A stretch of DNA of 64,000 bases from an uncultured Desulfatitalea sp. Its GTDB lineage: Bacteria > Desulfobacterota > Desulfobacteria > Desulfobacterales > Desulfosarcinaceae. The number at the start of each line of letters is the position of its first letter. The stretch's first letter is position 1. A model generated the notes under the pieces. The model was given only the letters and a program-made list of their open reading frames with translations. It searched no databases and was not told the DNA's origin. Below, one piece after another: positions 1-9,044 of the stretch. The stretch covers positions 256,001-320,000 of the forward strand of contig CAXXMB010000002.1 in the NCBI GenBank assembly GCA_963668675.2, in the 5' to 3' direction. A program made the position numbers and the translations under genes.

Positions 1-1
1 C

Positions 2-685
2 CTGCTGAAGCAGACCCGGTTCAAGATCACCTTCCAGGGCACCTCCCATAAGCATGAATTCGAAATTGCCGAAAAGTATCGCAATGTGGCCAAGGCGGCC
101 AAAAGCGGCTACGCAAAGACAATAAAGGGTCACGCCAAGGCCGACCTGCTGCTCTATAAGCTGGGCGATGACGAATACTCCCGCCTGGCCGTCGCCGGCC
201 AGGTGTTCAACGGTATCCTGGTGGTCAAAACGAAAATCGCCGCCAACTTCGTCAATTCGGGGCCCACCAACTGGACTGTCAACAACGCGGTCAGCTGGGG
301 CCAGCAACTGAACAACCAGATTAAAAACGACCTGAACAACAAATTTCGCATCAGCACCGCAGCCAACAACGACTTTAAAAACATACTGCTGCTTTTCGTA
401 CCGGCCTACAACATGCTCACAACAGCCGCACCGGCCGGTTTTCACATCAATTGCCGGGTAAACAGCCGCACCGGGCGAAATCCCTCACCGGCCTGCCAGC
501 AGCACGCCACCGATAAAAACAGGCTCGATCTGGACCGCGATGCCACCATACGAAGAGCGATGCGGTTCTGCTTCGGCGAGACGACGGGCACAGGGGCACT
601 GGACAAGAGCCAATTTTCGAAGATCGTCGACTGGGTCAAAACAGAGTGCAGTGATAATGGCTATGCAATTCATGATGATTTATAA
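2..685 (+). CDS. Hypothetical protein, 5'-truncated by window edge; possible C-terminal toxin/effector domain
   Basis: Frame is open from nt 2 (LLKQTRFKITFQG...) through the 86..685 ORF to TAA; no recognisable family; first gene of the co-oriented cargo-like cluster. Confidence 0.6.
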   Translation: MLKQTRFKITFQGTSHKHEFEIAEKYRNVAKAAKSGYAKTIKGHAKADLLLYKLGDDEYSRLAVAGQVFNGILVVKTKIAANFVNSGPTNWTVNNAVSWGQQLNNQIKNDLNNKFRISTAANNDFKNILLLFVPAYNMLTTAAPAGFHINCRVNSRTGRNPSPACQQHATDKNRLDLDRDATIRRAMRFCFGETTGTGALDKSQFSKIVDWVKTECSDNGYAIHDDL

Positions 686-730
686 AATCGCGTCAATCAT
701 CGAGAGAAAAACGACGGCAACTGATCAAAG

Positions 731-1849
731 ATGACACGATACTACTCCCAATATTATGCCGACGCCGGCCATACCGGCTCTCTCGATGTGGACGCCTCCA
801 CTGCGCTGACGCCAGTGTGGGAAACGAAAATCGAGGCAGATGAATCGACACACCCTGCTGCGCGTCTGCTGATCACCACAGACACTGAGCTGCTTGTGGA
901 TGGCACGGATGCCGTCCACGCTTTGAGTGCCGGCGGCGAGTTGTTGTGGGCACGCCCCAAGTGGCCTTCCAGCCCTGTGGTTTACAAGAACGGGTTGATC
1001 TGTTTTGCGATACAGGAGCGCAAAGATCGGGTCATGGTCATCGATCTGAACAACTCGGTGCAGATCGAGGAGATCGTCTTTCCGGAACATGTGGACGGCG
1101 CCTACGCCATGCTGTTCGAGCCCACCTCCGAAGGGATCGTGGCCCAGATCCAATACGCCAACATACCTGAAATGCGTACAGCCAACTTCATTGTATACTG
1201 TGCGGATGCAGACAGTTACGGATACAAATGGGCCCGGCGATACGAGGACCAATACAGTGCGCTGGTCCCGGCCATCAGTGCGGCCGACAACTTGATCGTC
1301 ACCGCCAGTGCCGAAGAGATTCTCTGTTTCGACCTGATGGCCAGCGACCCGGAACCCGAACCCCGGCACACATTTCCGATCCCCTGGAAGGGAAACGCCA
1401 CCTGGATGAGCTGTGCACCGGACGGCTTGCTTCACTTCGCCGGGTTTGCCAATGGGCGAGCCCGGGCTGCCGCCATCCATGCGGAAGGAACAGACGCGAA
1501 CGAGTGGATTTCCGAAGCGCGACCCGGCATGCAGATGGCGCCCATTGCCCCGCCGATCATCGGGACGGACCTTGTCTATGTGTTGTCCAGGGGCGCCCTT
1601 TCAGCCCTGGCGCACCATCGACTGGCATGGATGTATCGCCCCCGGCAAAACGAATTTTCATACGCAACAGCGCTGGCCGATGGCGGGCTACTGGCAGTGG
1701 AGGCCCCCAATCTGCTCCACCGCATCGATCGCAGCGGGCAAGCGACAGCCGTCGTTGAAGTTTCCCAAACCATCACCGCGCCACCGGTCGCCACTCCTGA
1801 AGGCCATGTCGTGGTCGGCGCAGGGGAGATGATTTATGCATTTAATTGA
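731..1849 (+). CDS. PQQ-like/BamB-like beta-propeller protein
   Basis: 372 aa; N-terminal YADAGHTG, 'AVHALSAGGELLW', 'SSPVV', 'APPII', 'TAPPVA..G.VVVG...IYAF' resemble PQQ-repeat blades; no signal peptide. Confidence 0.6.
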   Translation: MTRYYSQYYADAGHTGSLDVDASTALTPVWETKIEADESTHPAARLLITTDTELLVDGTDAVHALSAGGELLWARPKWPSSPVVYKNGLICFAIQERKDRVMVIDLNNSVQIEEIVFPEHVDGAYAMLFEPTSEGIVAQIQYANIPEMRTANFIVYCADADSYGYKWARRYEDQYSALVPAISAADNLIVTASAEEILCFDLMASDPEPEPRHTFPIPWKGNATWMSCAPDGLLHFAGFANGRARAAAIHAEGTDANEWISEARPGMQMAPIAPPIIGTDLVYVLSRGALSALAHHRLAWMYRPRQNEFSYATALADGGLLAVEAPNLLHRIDRSGQATAVVEVSQTITAPPVATPEGHVVVGAGEMIYAFN

Positions 1850-2339
1850 TCGCTTGAAGCCTCTCTGGCGATTGGGGCTGATGGCACTGTTTTGGGGAGG
1901 TCTCATGAACGCATGTGCACAGGCCGGGAACGTGCCGGACCAATTTCACTTCTCTTTCGGTACCGAATATGTGGTGGAGAAGTCGGACCGAACCACCACC
2001 ATCACATATCAACAGGCATGGGGCGACGCACAGCGCTCGCCTGAACTCGGGGCCGGGCCGGAAGTGAAAAAGATCCAGCTGACAGAGGGAACGACCCAAA
2101 AGATCTGGCGCGCCATCGCATCGATCGACTTTGCCCCATACAAGCAATTGAAGTCGGACGATTTCGAACCGACGCCACCGGATATGCGCCACACGGAGAG
2201 CCTTAAGCTGGTAGTGGACGGAAAGACCATTGTCGCTTGGTCAGAGGGGTATAAATTCCTCAAACCGGACCTGCGACGCCCACTGGCCGAAATTGAGGAC
2301 ACCATACGGGAGGCATACGAGGAATCCGTTTCCAAGTAA
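1836..2339 (+). CDS. Putative lipoprotein, possible immunity protein
   Basis: Hydrophobic leader ending in lipobox-like LMNAC; overlaps the stop of the upstream gene. Confidence 0.55.
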   Translation: MHLIDRLKPLWRLGLMALFWGGLMNACAQAGNVPDQFHFSFGTEYVVEKSDRTTTITYQQAWGDAQRSPELGAGPEVKKIQLTEGTTQKIWRAIASIDFAPYKQLKSDDFEPTPPDMRHTESLKLVVDGKTIVAWSEGYKFLKPDLRRPLAEIEDTIREAYEESVSK

Positions 2340-2371
2340 ACGGTGGATTATTCTTATAACCTGTCAATCAA

Positions 2372-2863
2372 ATGGGTAAAGCAATCATGGGATTGTTAAG
2401 CCAAACCAAACCGGGCGCAAATTCGCGACACCTGCTCAACAACCGTTTCGGACTCGACCTGCCTGCGGACTGGGACGACCAGAGCGTCTACCGCTTCCAG
2501 GGGCCGATGGAGGACGGCACGTTGCACCATATCACCGTCACCATCGAGCACGGTGTGGACGCACAGGATGTGGCGGCATTTGCCCGTCGCCAGATCAAGG
2601 CCCTGGAAAATGAAATGCAGGGATACCACGAACTGAAAAGCGGACCGATTGAGTTGGCCGACCACAGGCCGGCCTACGATCTGGTTTTCAAATGGTGCCC
2701 CATTCCCGATCGCGAAATCTACCAACGCATGGTCTGGACACTGGGCGAAAAGAGCGCCTATCTGCTGACGGCCTCATTTTCCAAAAAGACATGGAAGCTT
2801 TGGGCCGACCGGGTGGACCGCATTATTCGCAGCTTCACCGTCGCCAATGAGAAAGCGACCTGA
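2372..2863 (+). CDS. DcrB/DUF1795 (PsbP-like, Eag-type chaperone) family protein
   Basis: 'LDLPADWDDQSV', 'AFARRQIKALENEMQGY', 'LLTAS', 'DRIIRSF' pattern typical of DUF1795. Confidence 0.7.
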   Translation: MGKAIMGLLSQTKPGANSRHLLNNRFGLDLPADWDDQSVYRFQGPMEDGTLHHITVTIEHGVDAQDVAAFARRQIKALENEMQGYHELKSGPIELADHRPAYDLVFKWCPIPDREIYQRMVWTLGEKSAYLLTASFSKKTWKLWADRVDRIIRSFTVANEKAT

Positions 2864-2883
2864 CATCGGCCCGGAGGAGAACG

Positions 2884-3756
2884 ATGACCGAATACCGCAA
2901 ATCCACCGATACGGCCCACCAGGTGCAACTGACCTCCAAGCTGGTGCACGCCCTATGGGTGAGCCGTGCCGTGTGCGCCGGCGAAAAGGCCCCTTTCGAG
3001 GTGTGGACCCAGTTTGTGGGCAACGGCGCCGACATTCAGGTGACAGCTCAGGACGACAAGGGGAAAACCCTCGGCAAGGTCAAGGGACAGTTGTTCGGCA
3101 ACTACTTTGCAGACGTCATCGACGTGCCGACAAAGGCGGGCGAGTCCATGACCTTTAACGCCAAACTGCCCAAGCACAGCCTCCAGAAGAAGTCGGGCGT
3201 CTGCCAGATACTCCCCCCGGTGCGCATCACCAACCAGAAGTGGGGAGAAAAAGAGGTTCGACGCGGCGACCGGGTCTCCTTGTCCGCCGATGTGGAGAAC
3301 GTGGTCGACGGCCGCGAGGCGCTGATCTTCATCTACGAGCACGATCGTGACGGCGCCCACGACTTCATCACCCGATTTCCCTGCAAGGTGGAAAACGGCA
3401 GGATCGAGGCCGAGTGGTCCTACGCGTACCACGACGACACCGATGAGATCCCCACCGACCCCGAGATGAAAAAGAGCGGCAAGGGCTACAGCGCGCCGAC
3501 CTACTTCTGGGTGGCCGAGTATGGCCGCAAACGGTTCGGCGACAAACAGGAGTCGGGGTTGCTGGAGTTCAAGGACTGGCTCGATCTCGATCTGGTCGAC
3601 AGCACCGGGCGCCCGGTAGCGGATGAGAAATACGAAGTGGAATTTGCCGACGGCAGCAAGAAGAGCGGACGACTCGACAAGAACGGGCAGGCCCAGATTA
3701 AAGATGTCCCGCCGGGCAAGGCGGACATTCGCTATCCGGACCTCTCCCTGGATTAG
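2884..3756 (+). CDS. Ig-like multidomain protein with C-terminal transthyretin-like (carboxypeptidase-regulatory-like) domain, T6SS-adaptor-like
   Basis: C-terminus LVDSTGRPVADEKYEVEFADGSKKSGRLDKNGQAQIKDVPPGKADIRYP resembles VgrG/PAAR C-terminal TTR-like extensions; GGAG RBS upstream. Confidence 0.55.
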   Translation: MTEYRKSTDTAHQVQLTSKLVHALWVSRAVCAGEKAPFEVWTQFVGNGADIQVTAQDDKGKTLGKVKGQLFGNYFADVIDVPTKAGESMTFNAKLPKHSLQKKSGVCQILPPVRITNQKWGEKEVRRGDRVSLSADVENVVDGREALIFIYEHDRDGAHDFITRFPCKVENGRIEAEWSYAYHDDTDEIPTDPEMKKSGKGYSAPTYFWVAEYGRKRFGDKQESGLLEFKDWLDLDLVDSTGRPVADEKYEVEFADGSKKSGRLDKNGQAQIKDVPPGKADIRYPDLSLD

Positions 3757-3769
3757 GGATTAGAAAGCC

Positions 3770-5956
3770 GTGTGCGATAAAGGCGACAAGGATAAATCGG
3801 TCCAGAATCTCATCGATCTATTTGAGAAAAGATCGAAACCACCTGAAAAATCGGGCAAGGTGGTGCAGAGTGTGCTGCCGGAAATCAAGGTGGTGATCGA
3901 TGCGCACATGCATGTGTGCAGTAGCTTCACCATTCCCCTCCCCCTGCTGTGGAACCAGATGCCGGGTATTGTGAGCGGGTTTCGAAGATCGTGGTATGAT
4001 GAGGGCGGCCTGCGTCCGCCTAAAGTCCGCAAGGAGTTTGGAGCGGCGTGGGAAATCTCCAAAAACTCTGAGGATGAGATCGGCAGGATAGCAGTTGCCG
4101 AAAACAACAGCACCTATGAGAACACACCGGATCCGTTCAAGGACCATCAAAACAGCCAGGACACCAAACGGCTCGGCGTCATGGTGGCCATGCCCATGGA
4201 TATGGAGTATGCCCAATACGATGGCTACTCCGGCGAAAAGATCTATCAATCGGCCACGGCCGAGCGTGACGACCTGATCGAACTTCAAAAAGCTTTTCTG
4301 CGCAAGGCCGAGGCGTTGCTCGATCAGCAGGCCCAAGATTTGAATACAACCTTCGGAAGCCTCACGCACATCCTCGGCTTCATCGCTGCCACAGCCCGTC
4401 TGCTCAAGAAAAGTCCAAGCTATAGCAAAAATAACAGTGCGCTGGAAAAAGAGTTCCATCAAAAAGCCAAGGCGATCATAAAAAAGGGTAAAAAAATTGA
4501 TCACCCCACCGTTCAAAAAAACAATCCGGGCTTTGTTCACGAACGGCAGATCAAAATGGAGATGAAACGGGCCGGAGGCGACCATGTCGGGTTTGCCGCG
4601 GTCCTGCTCGGATTGATGCGCGACTACCACCCGGATGCACTAATTGAAGGAGAAAATCTGGATCCGGATCAGCAGATCAACAACGCTATCTTTGAAATGG
4701 ATGAGAGCGTCTCCAAAACACTCTCCGACATGACGGTCAAAGAGGAGGAGACCCGTTTCGCCTTTATGCACAACGCCAGGGCCGATTTAGGATTTGAGAA
4801 AGACAAGCAGCTGAGCAGGTACTTTTACTGGGATAAGCCTGAAAAGGACGCCAAAGGAAATGCGCGCGATCGAAAACGGATTTGGCTGGACAAAGAAGAG
4901 TTCTCGATGTTCGAGATCTGGAAACAGCAGTTCTTCTATACCCGTAAGGCGACGCGTGAAAACCCATGGCAGATCATGCCCTTGTACCACTATGAACCAA
5001 GGCGCTGGATCGACCGGGATGGAAACGAACATTGGCAGAAGCCTTTCGATCAGATTGCATCCACCGGCAAAAACGGTCTCTTTATCGGCTTCAAGATGTA
5101 TACTCGTTTGGGCTACAAGCCCCTGGACCCCAAGCTGCCACGCATGGCGGACTATTACCGGGAGTGTGAAGCGAAAAAAATCCCGGTACTGGTCCACTGC
5201 ACCAGAGGGGGTATGGGCACCCACCATGAAGAGTACTATCTGGAATTCGAACCGGATGAGGGTATTCGTAAAAAGTACACCAAAAAGGGTTTCAAAAAGA
5301 AACAAGGCAAGCTCGACTACTTTGCCGACCACTTTGTCCACCCCGAAGCGTGGCGAGAGGTGCTGAAAAAATTCCCCAAACTCTATCTCTGTCTGGCCCA
5401 TTTCGGCGGGGGGGACACCCAGTGGCAGATCAACCCGGATGAAGATATTGACAAGAACACATGGATCAAAACCATCATCGACTATATGCTGACCTATGAG
5501 AACTTCTACACCGATGTATCCTACGTGTTTCTCGAGGAGAGCATCGATAAGATGGCCCGCGCCATGAAAGCCTATCCCAAAATCATCGAAAAGATCATGT
5601 TCGGAACCGACTGGTACATGACGGAGATCGGGCAACACCGCAACTACAAGGATTTTTGCGTCAACTCACGACTCAGCATCAACGAAATATATGTCGAACT
5701 GGATGCAGCAAAGGCACTGCCGGACCATATCAAGTCCGCAGGCGATTTGTGGGTCCAGCTGGCAGCCGTCAACCCGTTCAACTTTCACCGACTGGATGCC
5801 AATGCCAAACGTTTTCATCAAGCGCTCAAATCGGACAATCACTATTACCAGACGATGCAGGGCCGCGTTGATGACGGCCTCAATTACCTGAAATTCTTTT
5901 ATGAAAACCATCAGCGCAAGGGCTTTTTCACCAAAGGGAACAGCTTCGCCACTTGA
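3770..5956 (+). CDS. Amidohydrolase (Amidohydro_2-like TIM barrel) with large insertion; candidate secreted effector
   Basis: IDAHMH, GFKMY, VHC, LAHFGG, YTDVS and FGTDW motifs in canonical order; 728 aa; GTG start. Confidence 0.8.
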   Translation: MCDKGDKDKSVQNLIDLFEKRSKPPEKSGKVVQSVLPEIKVVIDAHMHVCSSFTIPLPLLWNQMPGIVSGFRRSWYDEGGLRPPKVRKEFGAAWEISKNSEDEIGRIAVAENNSTYENTPDPFKDHQNSQDTKRLGVMVAMPMDMEYAQYDGYSGEKIYQSATAERDDLIELQKAFLRKAEALLDQQAQDLNTTFGSLTHILGFIAATARLLKKSPSYSKNNSALEKEFHQKAKAIIKKGKKIDHPTVQKNNPGFVHERQIKMEMKRAGGDHVGFAAVLLGLMRDYHPDALIEGENLDPDQQINNAIFEMDESVSKTLSDMTVKEEETRFAFMHNARADLGFEKDKQLSRYFYWDKPEKDAKGNARDRKRIWLDKEEFSMFEIWKQQFFYTRKATRENPWQIMPLYHYEPRRWIDRDGNEHWQKPFDQIASTGKNGLFIGFKMYTRLGYKPLDPKLPRMADYYRECEAKKIPVLVHCTRGGMGTHHEEYYLEFEPDEGIRKKYTKKGFKKKQGKLDYFADHFVHPEAWREVLKKFPKLYLCLAHFGGGDTQWQINPDEDIDKNTWIKTIIDYMLTYENFYTDVSYVFLEESIDKMARAMKAYPKIIEKIMFGTDWYMTEIGQHRNYKDFCVNSRLSINEIYVELDAAKALPDHIKSAGDLWVQLAAVNPFNFHRLDANAKRFHQALKSDNHYYQTMQGRVDDGLNYLKFFYENHQRKGFFTKGNSFAT

Positions 5957-6012
5957 CCGGCATAGCACATTTGGCCAATGAGCGCTTCATTGCAGAAGGC
6001 GGGTTCTTTAGA

Positions 6013-7167
6013 ATGAATTTTCCTAAACTTCACAGAGTGGTTTTCCTCCTGGCATTCATGCTCACCGCACTGTGCTGCCATGCCGACTCCAATCAACCCA
6101 AAACCAAAGACGGGGATGCGTCCAAAATGGAGACACCGATCATCTACCAGCAGAAAAAATTCAGGCTTCCCAAACCGATCAGCTCGATCTTTTCCGTTCC
6201 GTTGAAGAGCACGGTGGGCACCAACGACCTGGTCAATGCCATCAGCCTGATCCACTTTGATGGAGAGAAAGCCGATATCCGCCATCTCCTTGATGATTTC
6301 GTCGAAAACGTGGGGGGCGGAACGCTCTCTTTCCTTCCGCCGGTCTCGAGCAGCACCATTGGCTATGCCCAGAGCCGGCGTTTCATCCTTATCGATCTCA
6401 AAGAGAAAAGCTTCCACCAGTTCCTCGTCTGCAAACGGCTGGAAGAGAATATCAACCGGGTCGCCATTGCCGATGCCAGCAAGCTGATGTTTCTCTTCGA
6501 AATCCTTGCGTTCAGCGATGACCCCACCGACACATCGGACCCGGATCGCATTCTCCGAATGGTGGATCTCTCTTCAGGCAGTGATACCGTTATCGCTGAA
6601 AGGAAGCTGTCCGCCCATGCCGGATGGACAACCCACCAGGGAACCACTCTTCTCTTTGACGAGAACGGCGTTCTGGCATTGGACAAGGGGCTCAACCCCA
6701 CCCACCATCCCTTCGCATCCCTCTATGCCGAAGCAAGGGGAGACTTCTCCGAACAGATCCGGATCACGGAACTGCTGGTCCATCCGGAACTGCCCTTCGG
6801 CGTTGTCATTGGCACGGGGAGCAAAGAACCCGGGAAGCGTTATGTCGTCTGGTTGGCCGCCTGGAAGGAGGGCGAGAAGCCCGTCATCGTGCCCATGATC
6901 GCCGAGAACCGCAGTTTCATCTACAAGGATTTTGAATTTTCTCCGGACGGCACCTTCCTGCTGATGAAGGTTCAGGAGCGGCAGCAGACCGAGTTCATCG
7001 TATCGCCGGTGGATCCGGCATCGCCCCTTTTCCTGGGAAAACCGGTATCGTTGGGATCGTCCGAAGCCCATTTTTCCATCGCCTGGATCGAAGCACCCCT
7101 GAGCCTCGCCGTCCTCGAAAATCAAGCGATTCGCGTGTGGGATTTGACGGCACCGGTCTCTCAATAA
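6013..7167 (+). CDS. Exported hypothetical protein (probable beta-propeller), candidate immunity protein
   Basis: ATG 6013 gives signal/lipoprotein leader MNFPKLHRVVFLLAFMLTALCC; propeller-like 'FEFSPDG', 'IRVWDL'. Confidence 0.55.
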   Translation: MNFPKLHRVVFLLAFMLTALCCHADSNQPKTKDGDASKMETPIIYQQKKFRLPKPISSIFSVPLKSTVGTNDLVNAISLIHFDGEKADIRHLLDDFVENVGGGTLSFLPPVSSSTIGYAQSRRFILIDLKEKSFHQFLVCKRLEENINRVAIADASKLMFLFEILAFSDDPTDTSDPDRILRMVDLSSGSDTVIAERKLSAHAGWTTHQGTTLLFDENGVLALDKGLNPTHHPFASLYAEARGDFSEQIRITELLVHPELPFGVVIGTGSKEPGKRYVVWLAAWKEGEKPVIVPMIAENRSFIYKDFEFSPDGTFLLMKVQERQQTEFIVSPVDPASPLFLGKPVSLGSSEAHFSIAWIEAPLSLAVLENQAIRVWDLTAPVSQ

Positions 7168-7265
7168 TCCATTCGATTTCGTTATCGGAAAGGAGATGTC
7201 GGGGCTCTCCAAAGAAGCCATGGGAGCGCTGTGCCGGTACCCCCTTACCCTTCTGATGATATTTC

Positions 7266-7294
7266 TTGCATAGCCCTGAAAAGCCTTCTATATT
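7266..7294 (+). promoter_or_regulatory. Sigma70-like promoter for the radical SAM gene
   Basis: TTGCAT-17 nt-TATATT. Confidence 0.4.
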
Positions 7295-7349
7295 GTGCCG
7301 CCATTTCCGTAGATATGGCCATATTAACCTTTATTACAGCTTGTTACAC

Positions 7350-8768
7350 ATGATCAGACCCCTTTCAAATTTACGGCGTCAACAGATGATCGACGCCAAT
7401 CTGACCGAATACGGTTCCCAGTCCGATTTGCTTTCCTGGATTTCACCCGAAAAGGCCAGGGAAGCTGAATCCAGGCGCGCACAAATGCTTGGGGCATGTT
7501 CATCCGGTATTGAATTCGATTTCAAGGGGACAAAGCCACATTCGGGGCTCCTTTCCCCGGGGTGCCTCATTTGCGGCCAGGGAACTTGGTCCTGTCTTTT
7601 CATAAACGGAAAATGCAATTGCCGGTGTTTCTACTGCCCTGCCTCGCAGGACAATATTTCGGTCCCTACTACAAACCGCATTTCATTTGACACCTCACGT
7701 GACTACGTGGACTATGTCCGGCATTTCGATTTCAAAGGAATCAGCATCAGCGGGGGTGAGCCGCTGTTGACCTTTGAGCGTAGCCTTCACTACGTCGAGG
7801 CGGCCAGGAGGGAACTGGGTGAGACGCCTTACATCTGGATGTACACCAACGGAACCCTGGCAACCAGGGATCGGCTTGAGAGACTCCGGGATGCCGGCCT
7901 GAATGAAATTCGCTTCGATATCAGTGCTGTGAATTATGACCTTACCGGTGTGCGAATTGCGGCTAACATCATTCCCTGCATTACGGTGGAAATTCCGTCG
8001 ATTCCCGAGGACTACCATCTGCTGCTGGATCTTCTACCGCAGTTGCATGAAGCAGGAGTAAAGCATTTGAACCTGCATCAGCTCCGATTAACGCCCTATA
8101 ATCTCTCCAGGTTGTCAGGAAGAAACTATACATTTCTGCATGGTGAGAGGGTGACCGTGATGGAGTCCGAACTGTCGGCACTGGCGATACTTGCGGCGTT
8201 GTCGCGCTCAGGGCTGACGCTTCCGGTAAATTACTGCGCCTTTGCATATAAGAGGCAATATCAGCAAGCCGCCACCAGGAGGCGTAACGCCAAGCACATC
8301 ATCAAAGGCTATGAATCCATCAGTGAAAAAGGTTTCATTCGGTCCTTGTCGGTCACCGGAGATCCAGAGGACGTAGGCCGACTTGCGGTGCAGTTAGAAA
8401 GAGACGGCGTGGATACGGAAACCTGGTACCTTTCAGGGAAAAAAGATCGTCTCTTTTTCCACGAGGCACTCTGGCAAAAGATCGATTTCTTGGCGCTCAA
8501 ACTTCAGGTAATCTATTCGGAAGCGATACTGAGCCCATCGATTTCCTACCAGTGTGCATTTCGGGAAGTCCGGCTCAACCCTAACCGCAAAGTATTCGTA
8601 GAAAGACAGGCGCTGTGCTCCCCTCTGACTCTGGAAAACAGCGATCGGTTGTTTTTTGAAAATGAGATCCTTCATATTACTGGCGAAACCCCGCATTCAG
8701 GTGTTTCAATCCAAGAGGATGTTCTAGACTTTGAACTGATTCGACCAGGGCTTCAGGATTATTTTTAG
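7350..8768 (+). CDS. Radical SAM protein of unknown function
   Basis: CNCRCFYC (CX3CX2C), SGGEPLL, YTNG; extra N-terminal GCLIC; start approximate. Confidence 0.85.
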   Translation: MIRPLSNLRRQQMIDANLTEYGSQSDLLSWISPEKAREAESRRAQMLGACSSGIEFDFKGTKPHSGLLSPGCLICGQGTWSCLFINGKCNCRCFYCPASQDNISVPTTNRISFDTSRDYVDYVRHFDFKGISISGGEPLLTFERSLHYVEAARRELGETPYIWMYTNGTLATRDRLERLRDAGLNEIRFDISAVNYDLTGVRIAANIIPCITVEIPSIPEDYHLLLDLLPQLHEAGVKHLNLHQLRLTPYNLSRLSGRNYTFLHGERVTVMESELSALAILAALSRSGLTLPVNYCAFAYKRQYQQAATRRRNAKHIIKGYESISEKGFIRSLSVTGDPEDVGRLAVQLERDGVDTETWYLSGKKDRLFFHEALWQKIDFLALKLQVIYSEAILSPSISYQCAFREVRLNPNRKVFVERQALCSPLTLENSDRLFFENEILHITGETPHSGVSIQEDVLDFELIRPGLQDYF

Positions 8769-8929
8769 TTTCGCCTAGTGAAAACCTTTTCGATAGGGTT
8801 CATTGCATTACAGGCCCAAAATGATAATGCGTGTCTGTGATATCTATGGCGTACAACAAGACTTGGCGACCTTGTGCGTACTGATATTTAATCGCAAAGC
8901 CATCTATCCCTGTCGAATTTGTTGTTACA

Positions 8930-9044
8930 ATACCGTAACCCTCTAAAATCATTATGTCATTCCGGCGGAAGCCTGCTTCCAGGCGCACGGATGCCGGATC
9001 AGGTCCGGCATGACGCATTTGCATATTTAATTCCAGATTTAATA
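8930..9044 (-). mobile_element. Palindromic MITE/REP-like element, same family as 53995-54120
   Basis: Reverse complement tattaaatctggaattaaata...gtcatgccggacctgatccggcatcc...ccggaatgac aligns with the 54-kb copy; left boundary approximate. Confidence 0.7.
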
